64,000 bases of DNA from Anaeramoeba ignava BMAN (taxonomy: Eukaryota; Protista; Anaeramoebae), in assembly GCA_028826165.1 (NCBI GenBank), contig JAPDFW010000070.1, positions 1,550,001 through 1,614,000 of the forward strand, read 5' to 3'. A model generated the notes under the pieces. The model had not been told where the DNA came from. It searched no databases and saw only the letters and a list, made by a program, of their open reading frames with translations. Every line of letters starts with the position of its first letter. The first letter of the stretch is position 1. Positions 40,884 to 51,557 of the stretch are shown piece after piece. The translations under genes and the position numbers were made by a program.

Positions 40884-42155
40884 TTAAATTTTAAGTTTTT
40901 TCAAAGTTAATTGAATTAAATTTCCACTATCTTTAGAAGGAACTTCTTGAATCATACAAGAATATTTCCAAGCAATAGAACCAAGATGAAAAGGAGGAAT
41001 ACTTGCAATTTTATCCTTTTCATCAAATTTAAAAATATGAGTATGACCAATTAAAATAAAATCATCATCTGTAATAAATCTTGAATAAAAATGTCTAAGA
41101 CCACAAATAAAAGGTTTAACTTCTGTACTTGTTAATTTATAATTATTTCCTCCATCATGTGACATAACTAGAGATTTAATTTGAGTTTGAATAAAATTTG
41201 TTGATTGAAAAACTCCTTGATTTTTGATTTGATTTTTGAAACTATTTTGATTTTGATTTTGATTTTGATTTTGATTTTCATTCTCATTTTGATTTTGATT
41301 TTGATTTTCATTTTCATTCTGATTTTGATTTTGATTTTCATTTTCATTTTCATTTTCATTTTCATTCTCATTTTCATTCTCATTTTGATTTTCATTTTGA
41401 TTTGTATTTCCAACTGAAATATTATTATGTGGAGTAATTTTCATAAAATAATGTTTTGTGATTTTAATAAATTTCTTTTGTTCTTTTGTTAATTTTTCTT
41501 TTATTCTTAAAACTTTTCTTCTATCATGATTTCCACCAATTATATAAGTTGGAAGTTGAAATTTTAAAAACTCATTCATAATATCAAGACAATAATTTAA
41601 ATCACTACAAGTTGAATGGAATAAATCACCCAAAATTATAATTTGATCTGGTTTTTCTTTTTGGATCATTTCTCCAAGAAATTTAAATGTTGCTGGAATT
41701 TTGGAAATAGGAAACCACGACTCTTCTACATTATTCAAATGCATATCAGCAATAACAAATGCATTCCATGGTTTATTTCCTTCAGTTTTGATTTCCTTCA
41801 TTGTGCCTTCATTGAAACGAAGATTCATGATTTTTCCTTCAATTTTTTTCGAACTCGATTTTTTCTTTGTTTTTTCTTCTGGTTTTTTTCTTGTTTCCTT
41901 TGATTCATGTTTTTTGGATTCTATAGATTTTTTTGCATTTGGTGGATTTGAATTTTTTCCTTTTGGAGGAGGAGGAATATTTGAGTTTGGAGGTGTACTT
42001 TTTTTTGGATTTGGTGGATTTGGAATTTTATTTTGTTCTTCCGTTTTATTTTGTTCAATGGATTGTTGTTTTTCTTCTTTTTCTTTTTTGCTAGATGAAT
42101 TTGTTTTATGAGAATGATGTTTTTTTTCTTTGTTTTTTGAATTATCTGAACCCAT
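40884..42155 (-). CDS. Calcineurin-like metallophosphoesterase, copy 1, predicted N-myristoylated
   Basis: Motifs DMH, GDLF, GNHD, SH and GHTH; N-terminus MGSDNS (MGxxxS) with a basic cluster. Confidence 0.85.
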   Translation of the reverse strand: MGSDNSKNKEKKHHSHKTNSSSKKEKEEKQQSIEQNKTEEQNKIPNPPNPKKSTPPNSNIPPPPKGKNSNPPNAKKSIESKKHESKETRKKPEEKTKKKSSSKKIEGKIMNLRFNEGTMKEIKTEGNKPWNAFVIADMHLNNVEESWFPISKIPATFKFLGEMIQKEKPDQIIILGDLFHSTCSDLNYCLDIMNEFLKFQLPTYIIGGNHDRRKVLRIKEKLTKEQKKFIKITKHYFMKITPHNNISVGNTNQNENQNENENENENENENENENQNQNQNENENQNQNQNENENQNQNQNQNQNSFKNQIKNQGVFQSTNFIQTQIKSLVMSHDGGNNYKLTSTEVKPFICGLRHFYSRFITDDDFILIGHTHIFKFDEKDKIASIPPFHLGSIAWKYSCMIQEVPSKDSGNLIQLTLKKLKI

Positions 42156-42908
42156 TTTTTAATCAAAAAATAAAAAATGAAAAATGAAAATTGATTTTGT
42201 TTGTTCATAAAAAAAATCACAAATAATATTTTGGATTTCTTATGAAATTTTTATTTTGAATTTGATTTTGAATTTTAATTTTGAATTTGATTTTGATTTT
42301 GATTTTGATTTTGATTTTGATTTTGATTTTGATTTTGATTTTGATTTTGATTTTGATTTTGATTATGATTTTGATTATTTTGAATTTGAATTTAATTTTG
42401 ATTTTGATTTTGATTTTGATTTTGATTTTGATTTTGATTTTGATTTTGATTTTGATTTTGATTTTAATTTTGATTTTAATTTTGAATTTGATTTTGATTT
42501 TGATTTTAATTTTGATTTTAATTTTGATTTTGATTTTGATTTTGATTTTGATTTTGATTTTGATTTTGATTTTGATTTTGATTTTGATTTTGATTTTAAT
42601 TTTGATTTTGATTTTTTTTAATTTTGATTTTGATTTTGATTTTGATTTTGATTTTGATTTTGATTTTTATTTTTGAATTTGAATTTAATTTTGATTTTGA
42701 TTTTGATTTTAATTTTGATTTTAATTTTGAATTTGATTTTGAATTTGAATTTGAATTTGATTTTGATTTTAATTTTAATTTTGAATTTGATTTTGAATTT
42801 GATTTTGATTTTGATTTTGATTTTGATTTTGATTTGAATTTGAATTTGATTTTGAATTTGGATTTTAATTTTAATTTTGAATTTTGATTTTGATTTTAAT
42901 TTTGATTA

Positions 42909-44232
42909 TTAAATTTTAAGTTTTTTCAAAGTTAATTGAATTAAATTTCCACTATCTTTAGAAGGAACTTCTTGAATCATACAAGAATATTTCCAAGCAA
43001 TAGAACCAAGATGAAAAGGAGGAATACTTGCAATTTTATCCTTTTCATCAAATTTAAAAAGATGAGTATGACCAATTAAAATAAAATCATCATCTGTAAT
43101 AAATCTTGAATAAAAATGTCTAAGACCACAAATAAAAGGTTTAACTTCTGTATTTTTTAATTTATAATTATTTCCTCCATCATGTGACATAACTAGAGAT
43201 TTAATTTGAGTTTGAATAAAATTTTGTTGATTGAAAAACTCTTTGATTTTTGATTTGATTTTTGAAACTATTTTGATTTTGATTTTGATTTTGATTTTGA
43301 TTTATATTTTGATTTTGATTTTGATTTTGATTTATATTTTGATTTTCATTTTGATTTTGATTTTGATTTTGATTTTGATTTTGATTTTGATTTTGATTTT
43401 GATTTTGATTTTGATTTTCATTTTCATTTTCATTTTCATTCTCATTTTGATTTTCATTTTGATTTGTATTTCCAACTGAAATATTATTATGTGGAGTAAT
43501 TTTCATAAAATAATGTTTTGTGATTTTAATAAATTTCTTTTGTTCTTTTGTTAATCTTTTTTTTATTCTTAAAACTTTTCTTCTATCATGATTTCCACCA
43601 ATTATATAAGTTGGGAGTTGAAATTTTAAAAACTCATTCATAATATCAAGACAATAATTTAAATCACTACAAGTTGAATGGAATAAATCACCCAAAATTA
43701 TAATTTGATCTGGTTTTTCTTTTTGGATCATTTCTCCAAGAAATTTAAATGTTGCTGGAATTTTGGAAATAGGAAACCACGACTCTTCTATATTATTCAA
43801 ATGCATATCAGTAATAACAAATGCATTCCATGGTTTATTTCCTTCAGTTTTGATTTCCTTCATTGTGCCTTCATTGAAACGAAGATTCATGATTTTTCCT
43901 TCAATTTTTTTCGAACTCGATTTTTTCTTTGTTTTTTCTTCTGGTTTTTTTCTTGTTTCCTTTGATTCATGTCTTTTGGAATGTTTGGATTTATTTTCAT
44001 TTGGTGGATTTGAATTTTTTCCTTTTGGAGGAGGAGAAATATTTGAGTTTGGAGGTGTACTTTTTTTTGGATTTGGTGAATTTGGAATTTTATTTTGTTC
44101 TTCCGTTTTATTTTGTTCAATGGATTGTTGTTTTTCTTCTTTTTCTTTTTTGCTAGATGAATTTTTTTTATGAGAATGATGTTTTTGATGTTTATGATGT
44201 TTATGATGTTTATGATGTTTTTCTGAATCCAT
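42909..44232 (-). CDS. Calcineurin-like metallophosphoesterase, copy 2 (frameshift near 43225)
   Basis: Near-identical tandem paralog split into ORFs 43201-44232 and 42909-43190 by one extra base in a T run. Confidence 0.8.
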
Positions 44233-44325
44233 TTTTTTTTTTAATTAAAAATAAAAATATAAAAAGAAAATTAAATTTTTTTTTTTCATTTTTTTATTTG
44301 CTTTTTCAAAAATAATAAATTTAAA

Positions 44326-46430
44326 ATGTTTGTTTTTTTCTTTTTTTAAAATTAATTTATAAAAGAAATAAACGTTAATTTAATTTAATTTATTTTAATT
44401 TAATTTTAATTTTAGGAATCAAAAATTAATTCAAAATTTCTCTCATAAATCAATTTGGAAAGAAATGTTATCTCAAGAATGTAGAAAACAAATTCAAAAT
44501 AAAAGAAAAAATTTAATTAATCAATTAAGACAATCTGTTCAATCTCAAGAATCTCAAAATATTAAATCTAATTTTTTACAACAAATTGTTAATGATGAAA
44601 TTTCTAGAATGACTGAAAGCGAAAATTATGGTATTTCTTTTTTTAATTATATATAATTTTATAAATAATTTTATATTAAATTTTATAAATAATTTTATAA
44701 ATAATTTTATAAATAATTTTATAAATAATTTAATAAATAATTTTATAAATAATTTTATAAATAATTTTATAAATAATTTTATAAATAATTTTATAAATAA
44801 TTTTATAAATAATTTTATAAATAATTTTATAAATAATTTTATAATTAATTTTATAAATAATTTTATTAATAATTTTATAAATAATTTTATAAATAATTAA
44901 ATAATTTTATAAATAATTTTATATTTAATTTTATAAATAATTTTACTAATTTTAATAAATAATTTTATATATAATTTTATATATAATTTTATATATAATT
45001 TTATAAATAATTTTATAAATAATTTTATAAATAATTTTATAATTAATTTTATAAATAATTTTATAAATAATTTTAATAATAATTTTTATAAATATTTTAT
45101 AAATAATTTTATAATTAATTTTATAAATAATTTTATTAATAATTTTATAAATAATTTTATAATTAATTTTATAAATAATTTTATAATTAATTTTATAATT
45201 AATTTTATATTTAATTTTATTATAATAATTTTATAAATAATTTTATAATTAATTTTATAAATAATTTTATAAATAATTTTTATAAATAATTTTATAAATA
45301 ATTTTAATAATAATTTTATAAATAATTTTATATTTAATTTTATATTTAATTTTATAAATAATTTTATAAATAATTTTATAAATAATTTTATATTTAATTT
45401 TATAAATAATTTATATTTAATTTTATAAATAATTTTAATAATTTTATAAATAATTTTATAAATAATTTTATAAATAATTTTATAAATAATTTAATAAAAA
45501 TTTTTATAAATAATTTTATAATTAATTTAATAAATAATTTTATAATTAATTTTATAAATAATTTTATATTTAATTTTATAATTAATTTTATATTTAATTT
45601 AATAAATAATTTTATATTTAATTTTATATTTAATTTTATATTTAATTTTATAAATAATTTTATATATAATTTTATAAATAATTTTATAAATAATTTTATA
45701 AATAATTTTATAAATAATTTTATAAATAATTTTATAAATAATTTTATATTTAATTTTATAAATAATTTTAATAATAATTTTATAAATAATTTTATAAATA
45801 ATTTTATAAATAATTTTATAATTAATTTTATAATTAATTTTATAAAAGAATTTGACATTTCAGATGATGAATATTTGGAATTAATGTTACATTTAGAAGA
45901 GAGTTTAGAAAAAGAACTTAAAGAAAAAGAAGATTTAATAAAATATCAACAACTTGAAGAAATGGAAAAAGAAGAAATTGATGCAGCTGTTACTTTTTGG
46001 ATAGAATCACCTGTAATTTGTCCTTCTTGTAAACAAGGTTATTTAAATGAAGAGAATTTAAGTTTTAATTGTCAAAATTGTTCATTTTATATTAAAAATT
46101 CAACTGGAATTTCTCTTTCTGATTTTCAAAAATCTTTAGAAAATATGATTCAAACTCACAGGTTTTAAAAAAATTTCATTTTGAAAATTAAAATTAAAAT
46201 TAAAATTAAAATTAAAATTAAAATTAAAATTTATTTCAAAATTAAAATTAAAATTAAAATTAAAATTAAAATTAAAATTCATTTTGAAAATTAAAATTAA
46301 AATCAAAATTATTTATAAAATTGTTTTTATTAGATCAACTAATTGTTCTGCAGAATTACAATTTAATGGAAATGAAAATTTAAGAGTTTATTGTCAAGAA
46401 TGTGGTTTAGATGAAACAATTAATTTTTAA
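44326..46430 (+). CDS. RPAIN: RPA-interacting protein (RPAIN/RIP), 4 exons
   Basis: WKEML...C..QI..KR..LI.QLR N-terminus, acidic middle, ICPSCKQG.L...CQNC...H...C...CQECG Zn region; introns 44328-44415, 44631-45848 and about 46163-46333. Confidence 0.75.
44640..45845. repeat. Intronic 12-mer repeat (AATAATTTTATA)n
   Basis: About 1.2 kb tandem array inside RPAIN intron 2. Confidence 0.92.
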
Positions 46431-46559
46431 AAAAATTTCAAAAAGAAAAGAAAAGAAAAGAAAAATTTTATTTTGTTTAAAAAAAAAAAATTTCAAAAAT
46501 AAAAATCAAAAAAATCATTTTTTTCTGTTTCATTTAATTTAAAAAAAAAATATATAAAA

Positions 46560-49532
46560 ATGCAAAATGAAATTTCTACAACAATTCCAAATACAAATAA
46601 AATGGAAAAAATAATGGAAAATATTTTTCATAATCAAGAAACATCAGATATAAAATTTATAGTTGGAAATGAAAAAGAAGAAATATTTGCACATAAATTA
46701 ATATTATCAATATCAAGTTCATATTGGAAAAATCAATTTTATCCACCAAATTGGGATCAACAAGAACAAAAGAAAATGATTGAAATATTTATTCCAGATG
46801 TTCCAGTTCAATATTTTGTCACAATTTTAAAATTTCTTTATTCAAGAAAACTTGATTTGGGAGATGAAACAATTGAAGAAATTTTACATCTTGCTGATCG
46901 TTTTAAAATTCCTACTTTAATTGAATATTGTCTTGATTTTCTTTATCACAAAACAACTTTTGATAATTGTTTTAGAAATCTGCGAATTTCTCAAGAATAT
47001 CATTCAATTAAACTTCATAAAGAAGTGTGTTCTTTTATTCAAAAATATTCTTTGGAATTATTTTCTCATCCTCAAGTTTTAATTCCTTTTCCAAAAGAAA
47101 TTGTAATTGAAATTGCAAAGTTGGATTTTTTAAGGATTAGAGAATATGATTTTTTGGTTCAAGTTCTTGAATGGGCAAAACAGAAAGCTCAAGCTGTTCC
47201 TTTAATTGAAATTGTTTCCCCAATTCTTCCTTTTATTAGATTGGAAATTATGAATTTTTTTGATTTGAAAAATGTTTTACAACTTGATATTTTTCCTCGA
47301 TATCAAATTGAAGGTTTAATGAAAGAAGTCGAAAATAAAGGAAATGATTATTTTGATGGAAGAAGAGAAATTCCTGCGAAGGAACCACATCAAGTACAAA
47401 TCAAATTACAAATCAAATTACAAATCAAATTACAAATAAAATTACAAATAAAATTACAAATAAAATTACAAATAAAATTACAAATCAAATTACAAATCAA
47501 AATTACAAATCAAATTACAAATCAAATTACAAATAAAATTACAAATAAAATTATAAATAAAATTACAAATAAAATTACAAATAAAATTACAAATAAAATT
47601 ACAAATAAAATTACAAATCAAATTATAAATAAAATTACAAATCAAATTACAGATAAAATTACAAATCAAATTACAAATCAAATTACAAATCAAATTACAA
47701 ATCAAATTACAAATCAAATTACAAATAAAATTACAAATAAAATTACAAATAAAATTATAAATAAAATTATAAATCAAATTATAAATCAAATTATAAATAA
47801 AATTACAAATCAAATTACAAATCAATTTACAAATCAAATTACAAATCAAATTACAAATCAAATTACAAATCAAATTATAAATAAAATTACAAATCAAATT
47901 ACAAATCAAATTACAAAATTACAAATCAAATTACAAATCAAATTACAAATAAAATTATAAATAAAATTACAAATAAAATTACAAATAAAATTTAAAATAA
48001 AATTACAAATAAAATTACAAATCAAATTACAAATCAAATTACAAATAAAATTACAAATAAAATTACAAATAAAATTACAAATAAAATTACAAATCAAATT
48101 GCAAACAAATTAAATTACAAATAAAATTACAAATCAAATTACAAATAAAATTACAAATAAAATTACAAATAAAATTACAAATAAAAATCAAATTACAAAA
48201 ATAAATCAAATACAAATAAATTATAAATAAAATTACAAATCAAATTATAAATAAAATTACAAATAAAATTACAAATAAAATTACAAATCAAAAAATTACA
48301 AATCAAATTACAAATAAAATTATAAATAAAATTATAAATCAAATTATAAATCAAATTACAAATAAAATTACTATAAATAAATTATAAATAAATTACAAAT
48401 AAAATTATAAATAAAATTACAAATAAAATTACAAATCAAATTACAAATCAAATCAAATTACAAATAAAATCAAATTATAAATAAAATTACAAATAAAATT
48501 ATAAATAAAATTACAAATAAAATTACAAATCAAATTACAAATCAAATTACAAATAAAATTACAAATAAAATTACAAATAAAATTATAAATAAAATTATAA
48601 ATAAAATTACAAATAAAATTACAAATAAAATTACAAATAAAATTACAAATAAAATTACAAATCAAATTATAAATAAAATTATAAATCAAATTACAAATAA
48701 AATTACAAATAAAATTATAAATAAAATTACAAATAAAATTACAAATCAAATTACAAATAAAATTACAAATAAAATTACAAATCAAATTTAAAATTTATAA
48801 TTTATAATTAATATTAAAATTAAAATTGAAAAAAAATAAAAGATTTCAGTTATTATTGTTGCTTCAGATGATCGAGATAATTATCTAGAAGATGCAAAAA
48901 ATTCAATTAAAAGTATGGGAATCAACAAAATAGAAACATATAACGGAAGAATATCTACACCAAATTTAAGCAAATTATTAGATTATGATGTATTATTTTT
49001 ATATTCAGATTACAATTGGAAAGATAATCAAGCAATAAGTCAAGTAACTCAAAAATTTGTGGAACATGGAGGCGCATTAGTTTTTGCAGGAGCATTTGCA
49101 TTATCAATTGAACATCCACTTAAGGATCTTGTTGGAAACATAATCAATGGATTTCTTCCACTTGCAAAAGAAAGAGTAATTAGACATCATAATTCTTCAC
49201 TTGGAGAATTTGAACTAAATCATCCACTTATGAAACAAATCAAAGTTTTTGATGGTGGAAGAGCTAGTTTTTATGTTGATACTGAAGAGGTTTTTGGTGG
49301 AAAAGTTATTGCTCGTTGGAAAAATGGTCGTCCTCTTGTAATTGAGAAAAAAATTTCGCCTGAATTCGGACAAATTGTTGCTTTAAATATTTTCCCCATT
49401 TCAGAATCTGCTTTTGGAAATGGTTGGATTCCTGATACTGATGGTGATAAATTAATTTCAAATTCTGTTATTTATGCTGCAAATCATTCTCCTCATACAT
49501 TTAGAGAATTTCGAAAGAAAAATATTTTATAA
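46560..49532 (+). CDS. BTB-BACK protein with C-terminal class I glutamine amidotransferase-like fold domain, 2 exons
   Basis: SDIKFIVG...IFAHKLILSISS BTB plus BACK; intron 47394-48842 (GT-AG, frame conserved); exon 2 TPNLSKLLDYDVLFLYS...FVEHGGALV...HPLM..I...IARWKNGRPL. Confidence 0.75.
47396..48790. repeat. Intronic 12-mer repeat (CAAATMAAATTA)n
   Basis: About 1.4 kb tandem array filling the single intron. Confidence 0.93.
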
Positions 49533-49742
49533 TCATTAAAAATACAAATAATTTTTTTTTTTCAATAAATAAAAAGCAAATGAAAAAATTAAGAACAATT
49601 TTTGAAAGCAGAATAACTTATAATTTGAAATGAAAAATTATAAGCATTTCATTATTAAAAAGATATTTCTTTTTATTTTGTTTTGGATTCCAAATTCTTT
49701 TTTTTAAAAAAAAAACAAAAAACACTCTATCAAAATTCATAT

Positions 49743-51332
49743 TCAATTTTCCCATTCTTCTCTTCTCATAACAAAAGGTAATTTTCTTGAAATAGAACCA
49801 ATAGGTTGAGGAACAGGTTCATGAGCTCCAAGTTGAAAATCCATTTTTACAATAGGAACAGAATCAACAGGAAGTCCATATTTATTTGATTTCTTAGGAA
49901 TCAGCCATCTGACATAACACAAATTCATTGGAGAAGATTTCGCATAAATAATTGTTTTTATAACTGCAAATATTTCAATGGTTCTTGATATTTTCATAGC
50001 AACACAATCACCAGCTGAAACTTGAGGAAAAGCAAAAATATTTTGAAAATTTGGGACTAAATTCATATTTCCTTGATTTCTTGCCATAGATTGATACTGA
50101 GGCATTTGACTCATCAAGAAATTATTCATTGATGTGGTTGCATTTGGTTGCATTTGGTTTTGTGCCATTTGTTGAAGATATAAAAATGGCATCGGATACA
50201 TAAATGGTAATCTTTGTTGTTGTTGTTGTTGATTTGTTGATTTGAAATTTCCTCCAATAATATTATTAGTTCCAAACAAAGCATTATTTGGATTATTTAA
50301 AATATTCAATGTGTTTTGTGGTTTTCTTTGATTCATCATGTTAATATAGTTTATATTGTTGGTATTTGTATTTTGTGTTAATGTATTTAAATTATTTGGT
50401 TGTTTTGTTTTTTTTCGTTTTTCTTCAAAATTTTGAGATGTTTGGATTGGATTATTTTGTATTGATTGCATTTCATTTACATTTCTTTTTGAATGTAATG
50501 CTTCATTTTGGATTTTATTTTGCATCATTTGATTTTGAATTTGATTTCTAATTTGATTTCTAATTTGATTTCTAATTTGATTTTGATTTTTATTTTGATT
50601 TTTATTTTGATTTTTATTTTGATTTTTATTTTGATTTTTATTTTGAATTTTATTTTGAATTTGATTTTGATTTTGAATTTCTAATGACTGAAGTTTTTTA
50701 ATTGTTTGTCCGATATTTTCAACCAAAAAACTCAATTTTAAAGGAAAATAAAATTGTTGTTTAATTTGGAATTTTGAATTAATTTTAGATCTCAAATCTG
50801 GAAAGGAATCTGAATCTGAATCTAATTCTGATTCTGATTCTGATTCTGATTTTGATTTTGATTTTGATTTTGATTTTGATTCTGAATTTGATTTTGAATT
50901 TGATTCTGAATCTGAATCTGAATTTGATTCTGATTCTGAATCTGAATTTGAATTTGAATTTGAATTTGAATTTGAATTTGATTCTGAATTTGAATTTGAT
51001 TCTGAATTTAAATTTGAATTTGAATTTGAATTTGATTTTGATTTTGATTTTGATTTTGATTTTGATTTTGAAGATGAAGTTAATTTTTTTCTTTTATTTC
51101 GATTTTTATTTCGATTTTTATTTTTGTTTTTATTTTTTTTTTGATTTTTGTTTTTATTTCTATTTTGATTTCTAATTTGTTTTTCTGGTATGAATACTCT
51201 TTCTTTTCCATATGTTTTTAAATATACTGCACATCTATGACAATAAATTCGTTCGTTAATTTTTCTCCATGTTTCTGTTTGTTTAGTTAAACAATTTGGA
51301 TTTGAACATTTATATTTAATTCGTTTTTGCAT
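49743..51332 (-). CDS. GATA-type zinc finger protein with C-terminal GATAD1/BAH-like domain
   Basis: Likely start MQKR at 51332, preceded by a TCATTTTT array; CSNPNC..KQTETWRK......CHRC.VY.K.YGKER; C-terminal GDCVAM...FAVI...VRWLIP...F.LG.HEP.P resembles GATAD1. Confidence 0.7.
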   Translation of the reverse strand: MQKRIKYKCSNPNCLTKQTETWRKINERIYCHRCAVYLKTYGKERVFIPEKQIRNQNRNKNKNQKKNKNKNKNRNKNRNKRKKLTSSSKSKSKSKSKSKSNSNSNSNLNSESNSNSESNSNSNSNSNSNSDSESESNSDSDSESNSKSNSESKSKSKSKSKSESESESELDSDSDSFPDLRSKINSKFQIKQQFYFPLKLSFLVENIGQTIKKLQSLEIQNQNQIQNKIQNKNQNKNQNKNQNKNQNKNQNQIRNQIRNQIRNQIQNQMMQNKIQNEALHSKRNVNEMQSIQNNPIQTSQNFEEKRKKTKQPNNLNTLTQNTNTNNINYINMMNQRKPQNTLNILNNPNNALFGTNNIIGGNFKSTNQQQQQQRLPFMYPMPFLYLQQMAQNQMQPNATTSMNNFLMSQMPQYQSMARNQGNMNLVPNFQNIFAFPQVSAGDCVAMKISRTIEIFAVIKTIIYAKSSPMNLCYVRWLIPKKSNKYGLPVDSVPIVKMDFQLGAHEPVPQPIGSISRKLPFVMRREEWEN

Positions 51333-51557
51333 AATTTTAAAAAAATGAAAAATGAAAAAATGAAAAAATAAAAAAATTTTTTTTTTCTTCTTTTTTTTAA
51401 AAATTAAAAAAAATTGTTTATAAAATAAAAAATCGAAAAAATAAAAAATTGGAAAAATTCCAAAAAGAAGAAAAGATCTATTATTTAATCTAAAATCTAA
51501 AATCAAAAAATAAAAATAATCAAAAAATAAAAATAATCAAAAAATTTTTTTCTTTTT

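Noticed and set aside
15665-44232. Frameshifts in all eight BTB paralogs and one phosphoesterase read as programmed frameshifting or mass pseudogenisation
   Set aside because: Most are 1-2 nt indels in homopolymers at differing positions and are confined to multicopy genes or repeats, while single-copy genes are clean. This best fits unpolished long-read errors; pseudogene status cannot be decided without reads.
47394-47960. QIKL/ITNQ repeat tail of ORF 46560-47960 as protein
   Set aside because: Read-through into the intron starting GTACAA at 47394; splicing to 48843 restores a sensible domain.
51333-51506. Phe-rich N-terminal extension of the GATA ORF
   Set aside because: Begins at a non-ATG codon and translates T-rich intergenic/promoter DNA; the ATG at 51332 follows the TCATTTTT array.
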